DNA of 62,930 nucleotides, counting the filler, from Rozella allomycis CSF55 (taxonomy: Eukaryota): the NCBI GenBank assembly GCA_000442015.1. It is 18 parts of 18 records of this genome, joined end to end, with 100 filler letters (N's around TTAATTAATTAA, not from the genome) between each part and the next. Parts side by side here need not be neighbours in the genome. Positions count along the whole stretch, not along the records: positions 26,601 to 28,100 come from KE560650.1; positions 28,201 to 29,228 come from KE560651.1; positions 29,329 to 33,533 come from KE560652.1; positions 33,634 to 37,952 come from KE560653.1; positions 38,053 to 41,798 come from KE560655.1; 13 more parts are not named here. One strand, 5' to 3'. Within the stretch, counting starts at the first letter, position 1; each line of letters begins with the position of its first letter. A program made the position numbers and the translations under genes. Positions 26,961 to 38,921 of the stretch are shown here, in pieces. The notes under the pieces are model-generated. The model saw only the letters and a program-made list of their open reading frames with translations, ran no database searches and was not told the DNA's origin.

Positions 26961-28200
26961 TATTGATTAATTAAATTTTCCGAATTGATCAAGGCTATGA
27001 CCTGGTTCTCCAACAAATTTCTTTTGAAAGCTTCATGAATGTAGTACAAAATTCGTTTTCCACGAAAGTTCATGGAATCTTCCGTTTCAAGAAGAAACAA
27101 GTACAATGCCCNTCCATGGAAATTTTGATTTCGTCGAAAATTAAATCTATCGTTCGAGACCTTCATTTACCGTCTGCCAATCCCGAATCTATAAAAAATT
27201 AACAATAATTTTCTTCACACATTTCTTAGCTTATGCCTTATTTAAAATAGATTTATTCACACAAAGCAAGTTTTTCTATCTTTATCATTTTTTGACATCA
27301 GTGTGATTTCGTCTAAAATTATCGATATCTTTTTTAAAAACTTTCAGGAATTCATTTTGCCGCTTTCTTCTATCGCTCGTGACCTTCACTTACCATTTTC
27401 CAGTTTCCTCAGTCCTACGAATCCTGAATCTCACGACATAAATCATGACTTGTTGGGATAATCTTCCAATGGAACCAAGACAGTTAATCTTTAAATTCAA
27501 AAGATTGAATCACTTCAAACAGCGCGCAGGCAAAAACACTATCCACAGATAATTATTCATCAAACTCATTCTGGAAGGGAGCTTTGCCGCCATATCGTGA
27601 AACCATTGACAATGATGACAACTCAATTGTTTCCCCGGACAGTTTTCATTCAATTGAAGATGATGGAGAGAGGGAGGGCAATCAATCCACTCAAGATGAC
27701 ATGATTCTTTCTGGTAGTATAGTCAATTTAAATGTAAAATGAATCAGTGCGTAAGACGATTTGTTGCATTCGCTTTCTAATAATTTTTTTCTTTTCCAAA
27801 TATTGGTGGTGAAATTGGAATTTGAAGAGGAATTAAACCAGTTGAAAGCTATTCAGAAGCAGACTTTGCAAAAGTACATAGCTTTGGCCTCTCAGTATAG
27901 CACAGAATATTTGGAAGTTTTTCACAAAATGCAACTGATTTGTGAAAGCACTTAGCCAGCAGCTCAATCAATCAAGAGATTTTGCTCAAACCAACTTAAA
28001 GTATATGGATGAGGTTCATAGTGTATTTGAAAATCGATCAGAAGTTGTTAATGGATTTTCGCCTCCAGAAGACAAAGAAGACGAATCACCAATAAAAGAT
28101 NNNNNNNNNNNNNNNNNNNNNNNNNNNNNNNNNNNNNNNNNNNNTTAATTAATTAANNNNNNNNNNNNNNNNNNNNNNNNNNNNNNNNNNNNNNNNNNNN

Positions 28201-29228
28201 CAGATCGGCGCAAGTTGTAGCTACCAAGATGTGATGGAAATCCCGCCAAGGCCAAAAGGAGCTGCTTGGGAACATTGGAACTTTGATAACATTTTTTCCG
28301 TTCATTGTCTGCTTCCCATAATCCTTGCCTATCTACCTGATCTCCGCTNAATTTGTTGTTTAATATTTTCGATAAACGGGAATATCATGCGTTGAAGCTC
28401 CAAGCTAGGTGTAAGTTCAGATCGGCGCAAGTTGTAGCTACCAAGATGTGATGGAAATCCCGCCAAGNCATTTGTTGTTTAATATTTTCGATAAACGGGA
28501 AAACATCATTTGTTGAAGCTCCAAGCTAGGTGTAAGTGCAGATCGGCGCAAGTTGTAGCTACCAAGATGTGATGGAAATCCCGCCAAGGCCAAAAGGAGC
28601 TGCTTAGGAACATTGGAACTTTGATAACATTTTTTGCGTTCATTGTCTGCTTCCCATAATCCTTGCCTATCTACCTGATCTCCGCTAACGCCTAGGTCTT
28701 CAGCAATACAAGCTGCACCGACACGTCGTATATGTGTAACCTTAGAGCCTTTTAAGCCAACCTAAGTAATCCGTATTAAATATCGTTTTACATGATTAAT
28801 GAGGTCTTTCACTAAACGATTGTGCGTGTGATAGGACAACGGGTTTTTCGGGTCGTCGCTGTAAATAAGAAAGTTTCCCCCTAACGCGCCATTTTTGTCT
28901 GTCCAGTCCAGTTTCTCCTTGAGAATATCAAACCGATAAAGTAACCAGTAACCTAATGCTGCCACCGGACAGGTTAAAGGATTTCTATGTCTGGCTAGAT
29001 GTGCTACTCACAGCTGTGCATTCATTTTTACCTAAATCAAATCTTCCTCTTTTATTTTCCTTGCCATCACGCGANGTATCCTTGAGAATATCAAACCGAT
29101 AAAGTAACCAGTAACCTCATGCTGTCACCGGACAGGTTAAAGGATTTCTATGTCTTGATAGATGTGCTACTCACAGCTGTGTATTCATTTTTTACCTAAA
29201 TCAAATCTTCCTCTTTTATTTTCCTTGC
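28201..29228 (-). mobile_element. Crypton-type tyrosine recombinase (Ndc10 domain II-like) with spliceosomal micro-introns; several divergent copies collapsed
   Basis: Spliced DGKENKRGRFDLAHLARHRNPLTCPVAALGYWLLYRF...SKVTHIRRVGAACIAEDLGVSGDQVDRQGLW...KCYQS...LALAGFP contains HxxR, W and Y catalytic positions. Introns at 29004-29031 and 28762-28791. Confidence 0.8.
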
Positions 29229-31472
29229 NNNNNNNNNNNNNNNNNNNNNNNNNNNNNNNNNNNNNNNNNNNNTTAATTAATTAANNNNNNNNNNNNNNNN
29301 NNNNNNNNNNNNNNNNNNNNNNNNNNNNCTTTTCATAATACGAGTTCGGACTTATGAACCTAGCATGAACACTATGAATTACCTTATTGTTTAATGATGG
29401 GATAATAAATGAATATTGTTTTGGATTAGTGCAATGGTTTACGAAAATACCTTCCATGCTGCGTTCACCAAGTTTCCCAAATTTAGACTTATCTCCAATA
29501 GTGACGAACGCCTTTGACCCAAATTTCTTAAGATGTTTAATATCAGGCTTGCGTCCGTGGAAGGCTTCATATGGAGTCGCATTCTGCAAATATGATGTTG
29601 GGCTTCGATTAATGACATAGTTTGCATAGGTAACAGCTTCTGACCAGTATGATTTAGGCAACTTAGAATCGTGTAAGATGCAGCGCGTCATTGTCATCAA
29701 TGTTTGGTTGCGTCTCTCAACGATAGGATTCATTTCAGATGTGTGTGGCGTGGTGAGAAACATTTCAATTCCCTCTTGCGCCTTCCAATTAAGTAGCTCT
29801 TTGTTAATAAATTCTTTTCCATTGTCGCACCTTATTCGTTTCAATTTGTGGCCTGTATGGTTTTCGAAGGCCTTTACAATGATCTTTAGTTGTTCAAATG
29901 CATCACTTTTCTTTACAATTGGGATGGCGGCTCCAAAACGCGTAGCGCTATCAACAACATTTAGAATATACTTATGACTTTTGAGTTACGTAACTTCCAG
30001 TGGTCCAATCAAGTCAACAGATATTTCGTCAAGCGGAAATTTCCAATTTGGCAAGGTTCCCGAGAAACTTATTCTTTTGGCTTTGTTCAATCTGCAAACG
30101 TCACATTCACCCAACTTGGAATTAATATCTGAAATTTTCATGCCTGTCACAAGGTTTTCGTTTGCCATTTTCTTAATTGAATTTTCGCTAATGTGTCCAA
30201 GGATTCTATGCCAATCATCAATGCTGTTACTACATGTGGCCATATGGGCTTCGGTAGCGTTGATGTTGCTTGATGTTAAGCAGTAAAGGTTGTTGTATAT
30301 ATTTCCGATCATTATAGGCTTTCCATTAAACTTGATGATAGCCTTTGAGTGACTGAATTCAACTGTAATTCCCTGTTGGCGTGTACAGGCGGCAACTGCG
30401 ATCAAGTTCTTTCTCAATTTCGGTAGATATAAGACATTGTTCAGCGTTACCGTAGTTGTCTCACCGGTTTCATGTGTCACAACAAATGTTTTTGTACCCT
30501 TTCCAGCAACTTCAATAACTTGATTTCCAGCAGCTTTGATTGTGACGCCTTCCATTTTTGTAAATTGCGACATTCCAGAGAGTGAATTGGTCATATGTGA
30601 CGTGGCGCCAGAGTCAATAATCCACTCACTCGTATCCTCCTCAGCTTCGAAAACCATTTCTTCTTCTGCAATGAGTGAAACAGCGGATAGTTTTTCAATC
30701 AACATGGCGTCATCATTGGTATGTCGGTCCGATTTGGGCGCACTCTTCAAGCGGCATCTACCTTGATGCCATTTTTCGCAAAAGTCACACAATCGATAAG
30801 GGAACTCGTATCTGCGACTAACATTGCCGTCCACATGTCTTTTAGTTTTGTTAAATTGTTTGGTGGTGTGTAGTGCAGTATCTTTCGAGTCGCTTTCGTT
30901 ACTGCTATCCGAATCTTCATAGTGGCGAGCTCTTTGCTTCATTATTTGTAAAAATGTTTCAATAGTTCTTATTGGTTCATCCAATCTTTCAATCCTGTCG
31001 TATGCATCTTCCCGTTTCTGTTTCGGCAAAGATGCAATAAATATGTCAATTAATTCTTCTTGTGGGAGTTCTTTACCCGTATTTCTTAAATTATAGAGTG
31101 CATTTTCAAACTTTGTAATGTGCTCACTCATAGTTTGATTGTTTTGTTTTTTCAGTTTCATTAGTTTGTCTCTAGCGTTGAGCTGATCTATCTTCGCGTC
31201 ATATGCGCATTCTCTTTTTAGTAGATCCCAAGCCTCTTTAGCGGTGTCACACGATGCAATTTTCAACTTGTAGTGCGGTGAAAGTGAACGTATGATTTTA
31301 CTAAACGCTATGGCCGAGTTCTGTGCTTCTTCTTCTGTCATTTCCTTGGTTGACTTGGTGCTCGTGAGGGTGCCTTGGAGTCTTTTCTCTGTTAGGAGTG
31401 CTTTCATGTCCAAGGCCCAAATACTGTAGTCTGCGGGACTGTTAAGTCGAGTAAGCAGGATCTTTTCCGAAT

Positions 31473-31485
31473 CTGGGCTCATAAC
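31473..31485 (-). promoter_or_regulatory. Primer binding site of the half-tRNA-iMet type, overlapping the gag ATG
   Basis: GTTATGAGCCCAG directly after the LTR resembles the GGTTATGGGCCCAG PBS of Drosophila copia. Confidence 0.75.
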
Positions 31486-31607
31486 TGTCAAAAGAAAAGG
31501 AGTAAAACCCGGTAAATTTAACCAGGGTGAAAAAATTTATTTAGTATTAGCTATTTTCCGATATTTCTTGGTTCACCCTTGGTTGTTGTAAAGCGACATT
31601 CTTGACA
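31486..31607 (-). repeat. Single 122-bp LTR of the Copia element
   Basis: On the minus strand it begins TGTCAA and ends TTGACA (terminal inverted repeat). It is preceded by the PPT GCGAGGGAGGC (31608-31618), followed by the PBS, and contains AATAAA. Confidence 0.88.
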
Positions 31608-33831
31608 GCCTCCCTCGCTTGAGACTTGTTTTCGCCTTGAGATCGGTTCAAATCAATTTTTGTAACTCCAAGTTGTTCTCTTAATTTTTCAAATGATGGT
31701 TTAGCGAGTGCTTTTGTGAAAATGTCTGCGATCATATTTTCGGTGTTGCAGCGTTGAAGCTTGATTGTTCCATTTTTGATTTGTTCTCTTACGAAATGAT
31801 GTTTGATGGCTATATGCTTGGTTTTACCGTGTTGGGTGGTCTTCTTTGTGAGGTCAATGCAACCATTGTTGTCTTCGTGGATGGTAATTGGTCTATTTTG
31901 ATTTATGCTAGGGTTAAGTTCAAATAAAAGTTCCTTTATCCACATTGCCTCTTGAGTTGCGAGGCCCAAGGCTAAATATTCTGCTTCCGTCGTTGAGGTA
32001 GATACAGTGTGTTGACTGGCGCTCTTCCAGGTAACTAAATCATTATTTATAAAAAAGGCATATCCTGAAACGGAGCGACGAGTGTCAATATCGCTTCCCC
32101 AGTCTGAGTCGACATAACCTTGGACAATACTATTGTGATCTGGACTTCCTTGAAATGTCAAACCATGATTCTTGGTTCCAAGTAAGTATCTCATTATTCT
32201 TTTCGCTAGGGACCAATGTTCTTGACCCGGATTGTTAAGATATTTGCTGGCAATGCTGACAGCAAAAGTGATGTCGGGCCGCGTAGCAACGGAGGCATAG
32301 AGTAGGCTTCCAATTGCTGAGCGATATGGAACGAGGGCCATTTGTTCTATTTCCTGTGGTTGGTGTGGGCACATGTCTTTTGAATATTGTTTGTTCGGCT
32401 CCATAGGTAATGTGATGCTATTTGCTTCGCTCATGTTGAATTTTTGTAAAAGTTTCTCAATGTAATTGACTTGACTAAGGCTATAGGTGCCTTCAGGGGT
32501 TTTTGTAATTTCCATTCCGAGTATCCATTTCGCTTCACCCATGTCTTTCATGTTGTAAAGTTGTTTCAATAAATGCTTTTCGTTTTCAATACTATTGTTA
32601 TCAGGGGCAGCAAGTAAGATGTCATCTACATAAAGTGCCAATAAAATTCTTTTTCCGTTAGTGACTTTTGTATATATTCCCCAATCTTTTTCACATTTTA
32701 CGTAACCAATGCTCTTCAGACTTGCATCGATTGTTATGTTCCATTCATATCCCCCTTGCTTAAGTCCGTATAATCCGCGCTTAAGTTTGCATACAAGATT
32801 TTCCTTTCCCGATTCCACAAATCCAGTTGGCTGCTTCATGTAAACTTCATGTGTTATTTCTGAATTCAAATACGCTGTGAGGACGTCGAGTTGATGAACA
32901 TGTAATTTTTCAGCGGACGCAATCGCCAAAATGATTCGAATTGAGTTGAGTTTTGCGACGGGAGAGAAAGTTTCTTCATAATCTACACCCTTCACTTGTT
33001 TGAAGCCTTGTGCTACGAGTCGTGCCTTATATTTTTCTACTTCCCCTCTCTCGTTGTACTTGGTTTTAAACACCCATTTTGAGCCAATCGCCTTTCGGTC
33101 CGGAGGGAGTTCCATTAATTCCCAGGTGCCGTTGGACATCAGTGCGTTATATTCAGCTTGCATTGCCTTTCTCCATTCATTTTCGAGATCAGAATTTATT
33201 GCTTCAGAGAACGTTTGGGGGTCATCTTCAATTACCAACAGGGCTTCATGGATGATGTTTTGAGTGCTATTACGGTGATTAGGTTCAACAATATTGCACT
33301 CGTTGTTTAAAGCAAGTCGTGCAGATTTTCTTACAGTGGAGTCATCAAAAGTGAGGCTGGCCTTTCTCTTGCGTAATAGCATGAGTTCATTATCGAAAGA
33401 TTTTGGTGCAGGTTCAGAGATTTCTTGAATTTCATAATGTGGTCTTTTTGGTTCAGGTTTGCTGTCGTCATTCTGATCGTTATCCGATACTGTTTCGTCG
33501 TGGTGGTTGGCCATATTTTCGGTTTCATTACTANNNNNNNNNNNNNNNNNNNNNNNNNNNNNNNNNNNNNNNNNNNNTTAATTAATTAANNNNNNNNNNN
33601 NNNNNNNNNNNNNNNNNNNNNNNNNNNNNNNNNATTATCTTCAGATTGATTTAAATATAATAAAAGCAGAGAATTGGACGATACAGTTCTCGCCAATTCG
33701 CGGTGGTTACTTTCCATGCCAATTAATGACTTTGAAAAATTGGATTTGAGAAATTATAAAACAAGGAGGTAACAATATAGTAAATAATTTAAATTATTCC
33801 ATTCAAGTAATGCGAGAATAAAATCACTGAT

Positions 33832-36792
33832 TTATTTAAGTAAAGGACAATTTTCAATATCATCATGCCCTCTAAAAAAGACACCTCTAGCATTCCACTC
33901 ATAATCACAATATTTTATCCTAAACTTGCCTCTCAACGAACTTTCCATCGGCCTAGCAGCAACAATCTCTTCATCATCAGTCTTATTCGACACAGCGCGC
34001 CGTCTAATCGTTCTTCGGTGCGGCACTAGCGCCAAAGCGTTAATATCACTTTGCATAGATTTCGGGAAATAGCAAAACAGGCTGTCCAAAAGAGCTGCCT
34101 TGGATGAGCAAAAATCGCGCATGTACCATAAACAGATTCTGGGGAGATGGATGCAGTGGTTTTTGTGGTCAATGACTAGCTGCTCGTTGAAAAAGTGTTT
34201 GGCAATGTGGTCCAGCTGGGAATCCAGATTTTCTATTGAGAGAATGTACACGTGGTATATGGATGACTGCGTGCCCGTGTTTAGAACAAAGTTTATGCGC
34301 GGTTCGGCTAAATAGAGTGGCGCGTGCTTGTTTCTTGGGTCTGTTGAAGAGAATTTAAATCTAATGACCAGTTTGGTGATTAGCTGGTTCTTCATAACGA
34401 TTGGACTGGTGGATTTGGAACGCAGGATTCCATGTTCAATGTCTGTGATTGAGTAAATGTAACCGCCGAGATCGTAGCATGCTAATTGTTGTAGTTTCTT
34501 TCTAACAGCCATTGTTGTTGGTCTTCCAATATCCAAGAATGAATGAATAACGAGTGTGTGGTAAACGTTGATGTAAAATACAAGTTTTTCATGATCATCC
34601 ATTTTCTGTAAATTTAGGGCAGCCAATTTACAAACATTTAATCCAAACAAGTGAAGTTTATCGACCAATTCTTTAGTAATCAAACATTTGCCATTTGTGA
34701 AATATTGGAAAACCATCAAAACTTCTTCAAGCAGATTTTTTGATAATAGAACTGGATCGTCATTCAATCTTTCAAAATAAATAATTCTTGTATTTAAAAT
34801 GATTTTATCAGATGATGTGTTTATATTTGTGAAAATAGATTGTTGAAGGTTAGGCCAAGCCAAAGACATTATAGTTGGCTTTCTAGGGTATGAATACATA
34901 TTCCCCATAAACTTTTCATTCCTTCTCTTTTCTATTACATTAATAATTTCATCAGCGTGAATCTTTTCTGTAGTTAGAAAATACAAGCGTTGTTTATTAA
35001 CGAATTCAATCTCTACAAGAAAATGATTTGGGAATTTAATATCAATGCCATCCTTGATCTCTACGTTATCAACGTTATTCATTAAATAGAACCAGCTGTT
35101 ACCAGATGAATCGTATGTAATAATATGTGACTCTGTTAATATTAAATGAACTTCATTAGCACAAGTTCTCCATTTGACTTGTATGATCAACCCCTGCCAA
35201 AGTGAATTTTGACTAAGCCTCTCCTGAGCTTTCAATTGTTTAGAATCAAGAGAAACATTCGACCGAACAAATTTTTTACAGAAAAATTCACTAATCAAAA
35301 CCCATGCTTTATCGTTTTGTCTCAATTCTTTAGTTATTACCCTTTTAACAAACGAGTTTAACTGTTCAAGTCGCCCATCAACATATAAATTAAAAATAAA
35401 TTTGCTGTTCTTTATTTTAGGCAATCCAACAAGTTTCAAATCAAAATTAGTTGCTTTGATTTTTGATAATTGGCGATCCAATGAAATGAACTCTGAAGCC
35501 TGATGTTGATTCAAATAGACACAATTTTTAAAAGTAAATTTTGTAATGTAGAAAACAATCGACTTGCCATCAATCCAGCGTGTTATCCAAAAGGGGACTT
35601 CAACGTCAATCCCCAAAGGGTCTCCCATTTTTAACAAATTTTCCAATTCATTATCAATGTAATAAGTACTCGTGTTCATTATACTTTTTTCTTTATTTTC
35701 TTCTTCATCAACGTCATCAAACTCTATTGATGAAGAATCTGAATTTTCGCTTTCAATGTCTAGAATATCGCTTCCTCTGTCATTGTTATTTTCTGCCTTT
35801 TCTTCATCATTCAAGTTTTCATCATTTTCATCCTTTTGGATGCTTGGCTCAGAAGTTGACACCCTTTCATTTTCGATCTTTGAGGATTTAATTAAATCTA
35901 AAATTAATGGTTGGAATTTATCATCGTTCCATAAAATATAAAGAATCAAAGAAAGGGTAGTCATCGATCCCAACGTGAACCCCTGGGAAGCGTTAATCGG
36001 AAGAAAGTTTATAAAAAATGGAAATAAAACATTTGAAATTGTTAAAAATGTAAAAATCTTAATCAAAGCACTTGAATTATGAAAGATATTTGAAAAAGAA
36101 TCCTTTCCGCCTTCTACAATGGTTTGTGTAGAGTTTTGAGATTCTTCGTTTATCATTGGAACATTTTCCTTTGAGCATTCAGGATTACTCTGCACTTGAC
36201 TGTTATCTTTAACATCAATCCCCTGTCTTTCTCTAATCGTATCTTGAATAAACAAAATATCATTCTTTCTCCCATCCTTGGTATTCTTTGAATAACTTTT
36301 CATTATATATTGCTCAACAACAGAACTCAGCGGAAATTTAGGCAGCTCCAACGTTGCCTGCTGCTCAAAATACGTAAACGAAGGGTTGTTATCATACACC
36401 CTGTATTCACACCGTTCCACCATTTTAACCTTTTCTGAATATGTCACATTCCGATTCTCAATTTTCATCGTCTTTAATTCATAATCAATAGTCGTCTTTT
36501 GAAGAAATTCAAAACAATCAACCCCAAAACTCCTCTTAAGCCATCTTTCATATTATTTATAATTTAGTATTACCCGGGCGCTTCCGCCTCAACAAAGCAT
36601 TGCCTTTCAACATAGTATTTTTGGCCATCTCGCTCTTCTTTGACTATTTTCGTATCACGGAGAACAGGAAATCTTGGGTGTTTGGGATAACGGCGCATAT
36701 AACTTTCAATAACCAAGTCCCAATCATATTCTTCATATTAAATTGAATATATCGTTACCGTAGACGAAGGTCTCTAATTTAGATTCCTTCAT
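33832..36792 (-). CDS. Multidomain protein: PRELI/MSF1 domain, two TM helices, PX/PH-like middle, C-terminal DUF547
   Basis: 5' exons give YDWDLVIESYMRRYPKHPRFP...ERQCFVEAEAP..LKRSFGVDCFEFLQK...YFEQQATL (SEC14L1-type PRELI). C-terminus EKLVFYINVYHTLVIH, SITDIEHGILR, EPRINFVLN, LPRICLWYMRDF (DUF547). Confidence 0.75.
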
Positions 36793-37022
36793 TTACAAGT
36801 CGGAAATTTCATTGTCACGTTCAGCTTAGAGACAATTAGCTGGTATTTTTGGAGAAGAAATAGAAGGGCAAATTTATTAAAATTCTTCTAAATTTTAGTT
36901 GGCATGCCAATGGATACATTATGCTAGAAGAGATCACCTAAAATAGGCTCTTGAAAGGAAGTTATTTTTAGTATCGGGACAGTAAATACATAAAGCAGGA
37001 GTAAATCTGCAACAAAATCGGC

Positions 37023-37952
37023 ATGAAGAACATACTTACAACTTTGTGTCTTGGATTCTTTTTAGGCATAAATCAAATCAGAGCTAATAGGAACCAAGTT
37101 CTTGCTGCAAATGCTTTGAATAATGCCCACCTCTATCCACCCAGAACTGTGTCGAAAATGCGATCACCATTGGTACAAAATAGTGAACAGACTAATCATC
37201 CGTCGAGAACTACAAGTTTGCCAACGTCTAATCAATATTCAACTGGTCAAAACCGCTATCTCCTTCAACAATTGCAAGCCCCACAAAATACTGTTACACA
37301 AACCTTGAACAAGAAAAAACCAATCAAGATTGGACCATTTACTTTTAACAAGTCGTCTCAGAAATCGCAGAATCCGAATGAAGTGCCAAAGAGAACGTTA
37401 CCTAAAAAGGAAGTTAAGGTTGGACCATTTCGTTTCAATATCAAGACAAAACCTCAAATAGCTCCATTCTACGGTCCTGATCCTAGTCGAGGAATTCAAA
37501 ACTGGGAACTTTACCCCGTAAAATCACTTGGAAAGGGTGTTTACGGTTCTGCGACCTTAGTTTCTGATTCACATGGCAATAAGTTCGTTTGGAAAAAGTT
37601 CAANACATGTTGGTTTTGAAAAAGTATAACAGCAAAATTGGTTCATCTCGAATCGAGCAAGAAATATCTATGGCAAGAGAAGCTGGCTATTTGGTAGGGC
37701 ACAACCCAGAGAGTAGACAGATTTTGTTAAAGTACGTGGAGGGAGTTCCTCTAAAAGAATATCTTAAAATCGATGGCCGAGGTAATCCATATAGTCAGCA
37801 TAAAGACGTTATAGATCCAAAGTCAAGATTAGACAAGTACAATTTTTTTGTCACAAAAATGCAAGAAGCAGTTGGTGCCGTACATAGTAAAAAAATAGCC
37901 CATTTGGACAATCACGACCAAAACATTATCATTAACAAAGACGGTAAGGCAA
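37023..37952 (+). CDS. Putative secreted protein kinase-like protein (3' end missing)
   Basis: Signal peptide-like MKNILTTLCLGFFLGINQIRA, Gly loop LGKGVYG, VxKK lysine, EQE helix C, catalytic loop HLDNHDQNII. Confidence 0.7.
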
Positions 37953-38052
37953 NNNNNNNNNNNNNNNNNNNNNNNNNNNNNNNNNNNNNNNNNNNNTTAA
38001 TTAATTAANNNNNNNNNNNNNNNNNNNNNNNNNNNNNNNNNNNNNNNNNNNN

Positions 38053-38438
38053 TGGACGGGTTTGATGCCAGAGGAAACATCAAAGTGCTCATGGCTACAA
38101 ACAGACCAGATACCCTTGATCCTGCATTGTTGAGACCTGGTAGATTAGACAGAAAAATTGAGTTTGGTCTGCCAGACTTGCAAGGACGCGCCAACATTTT
38201 AAAGATTCATGCGAAATCAATGTCTGTAGAGAGAAACATTAGATATGAACTCATAGCCAGATTATGTCCAAATGCTACTGGTGCTGAATTGAGAAGTGTT
38301 TGCACAGAAGCGGGAATGTTTGCGATTCGCCAGAGAAGAAAAGTTGCTAATGAAAAGGATTTTCTTGATGCTGTTAACAAGGTTATCAAAGCCTATGCTA
38401 AATTCAGTTCAACTCCAAAGTATATGACACACAATTAA
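38053..38438 (+). CDS. RPT1: 26S proteasome ATPase RPT1 (PSMC2), 3' end
   Basis: [73 protein letters not shown]. Confidence 0.96.
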
Positions 38439-38921
38439 ATTTTCTTTCTGATTTCAATATTTATTTAACATTTTTTATAAAATACTCATTAGTCATTGTG
38501 TTAAGTTCCATGCAATTCAAGTTCCAGCCTACTATGTTGCAAACTAATGTCTTACATATAGTTATATTTGGCAAACTCAATAGAACTTTGCTAGGTTTTA
38601 AAGGAATGAATTTTCTTATTGGTAANGGAATACTCATTAGTCATTGTGTTAAGTTCCATGAAATTCGTCTGTCTTTTTTAAGTTCCAGCCTACTATGTTG
38701 CAATATAGATGAATGAATTCTCATATAGCGCTTTATTTTTAAGGCCTGTGTGGATAAACGATTCCAATAACAGATCATCAAAAACTAATGCCTATTTATA
38801 GTTATATTTGGTAACCTCAATAGAACTTTGCTAGGTTTTAAAGGAATGAATTTTCTTATTGGTAAATTTCTACAAATTCAAACAGTCACCAGCCTCATTT
38901 TTATTCAAACCTAAACCTGGA

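Larger units (their letters stand above)
29329..33533 (-). mobile_element. Ty1/Copia LTR retrotransposon, circularly permuted (RT-RNaseH, LTR, gag-PR-IN)
   Basis: RT: KARLVAQGF, QLDVLTAYLN, LYVDD. RNaseH: YVDSDW, TEAEY, EDNN, ADIFTK. PR: WIIDSGATSHM. IN: WHRILGH..C..C, VDLIGP, RCDNGKEF, ERRNQT. Single in-frame TAA at 29986-29988. Confidence 0.96.

Noticed and set aside
27445-28100. F-box-like start (MTCWDNLPMEPRQLIF) and downstream coiled-coil ORFs
   Set aside because: Too short and interrupted to support a gene model or family call.
29986-29988. Stop-codon recoding or programmed readthrough in the Copia (TAA) and Gypsy (TGA) integrases
   Set aside because: Host genes end with TAA, TGA and TAG normally. 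These stops fall mid-integrase, not at a gag-pol boundary, so simple nonsense mutation is more likely.
14672-33533. PrimPol, LINE, Crypton and Copia as one composite mobile element or gene cluster
   Set aside because: They lie on separate contigs joined artificially, so their proximity carries no information.
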